64,000 nucleotides of DNA, taken from IMG/VR virus record IMGVR_UViG_3300046514_000858, positions 29,746-93,745 of that record; one strand, given 5' to 3'. The translations under genes and the position numbers were made by a program. The DNA is from a virus. The notes beneath the pieces were generated by a model. It saw only the letters and a program-made list of their open reading frames with translations, searched no databases and was not told the origin of the DNA. Numbering within the stretch: position 1 is the stretch's first letter; each line of letters opens with the position of its first letter. Positions 63,594 to 64,000 of this stretch are shown here, in pieces.

Positions 63594-64000
63594 ATGACCG
63601 ACAAGTTGAAAGTGACGCTGACAGTCGACGGAGTGGTGGCCAGCCTGACCCTCCCCGACGACCTGAACATCCACGAGGCCACCCTCAACCGTGACCTGTC
63701 GAATCAGCCCGGCGCGTACGCGTTCTTCGGCATGATCTCCACGCGACTGGGTCTCCACCGTGATCGTGTCTCCCAGACGTTGCGCGACACCACCTCCGCC
63801 GCATCGATTCGAGTGCGTGCTAACGCCGCCGCGCTCGGCGAGAAGACCACCGAGGACAAGATCGCCGCGAAGGTTTCGCTGGAGCCCGACGTCGTCAAGG
63901 CGCGGGAGGCGCTGCAGGTCGCCGAGCGCCAGAGCTCGGAGGCGGCCCTGATCAAGGACGCCTATTACCATCGCCTTCAGGCGCTCATCAGCCTGTCCGC
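63594..64000 (+). CDS. UvsY-like recombination mediator (partial, runs off the window)
   Basis: I.E..L..D...QP..YA.., K.TE..I.A.V, A..HR...LISL; ATG 7 nt after class II motif 63579. Confidence 0.65.
   Translation, partial: MTDKLKVTLTVDGVVASLTLPDDLNIHEATLNRDLSNQPGAYAFFGMISTRLGLHRDRVSQTLRDTTSAASIRVRANAAALGEKTTEDKIAAKVSLEPDVVKAREALQVAERQSSEAALIKDAYYHRLQALISLS

Noticed and set aside
1-64000. Genome-wide stop-codon reassignment (UGA) suggested by the UCA tRNA
   Set aside because: All conserved genes are full length in code 11 and TGA is a common terminator, often in TGATG/ATGA overlaps
1-64000. CRISPR array or diversity-generating retroelement
   Set aside because: No regularly spaced direct repeats, no reverse transcriptase and no adenine-variant TR/VR pair seen; the 37-38.6 kb paralogs are ordinary diverged duplicates

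Overview
This window is 64 kb of a high-GC tailed phage genome with siphovirus-type architecture; both ends are open. 1-15 kb is an early/accessory region of small ORFs, two HNH nucleases, an LPD29 protein, a RelA/SpoT-type toxin with a likely immunity gene, methyl/acetyl/glycosyl-transferases, a catalytic-domain-only tyrosine recombinase and a prepilin-like protein. 15-39 kb is morphogenesis: TerL, portal-MuF fusion, XkdF-type protease, HK97-fold capsid, head-tail genes, tail tube, frameshifted chaperone, tape measure, Dit, an inserted mini-QueA, and tail/fibre genes. 39-49 kb is a large sugar-biosynthesis and glycosyltransferase cluster with possible lysis membrane genes. 50-64 kb is replication (SF2 helicase, DnaB, primase, DnaE fused to a UDG-like domain, UvsY-like), a truncated sigma-factor-like gene and a dense set of tRNA-like and other structured RNAs. 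Four signals stand out. (1) A candidate virion glycosylation system: about 15 sugar-modifying genes plus a D-[VI]-T-N tetrapeptide found 8 times, only in tail proteins, which may be the sequon. (2) Three recurrent promoter-like motifs that partition genes by function: TGTHAY-N16-CGTCT (early, ECF-sigma-like), GCRTTCYT (middle, leaderless) and GTCCAAG (late); early transcripts carry an in-frame leaderless GTG plus an SD-led start. (3) Several tRNA mimics, including one with a UCA anticodon. (4) A domain-deleted QueA inside the tail operon. All calls come from reading motifs by eye; no database searches were run.
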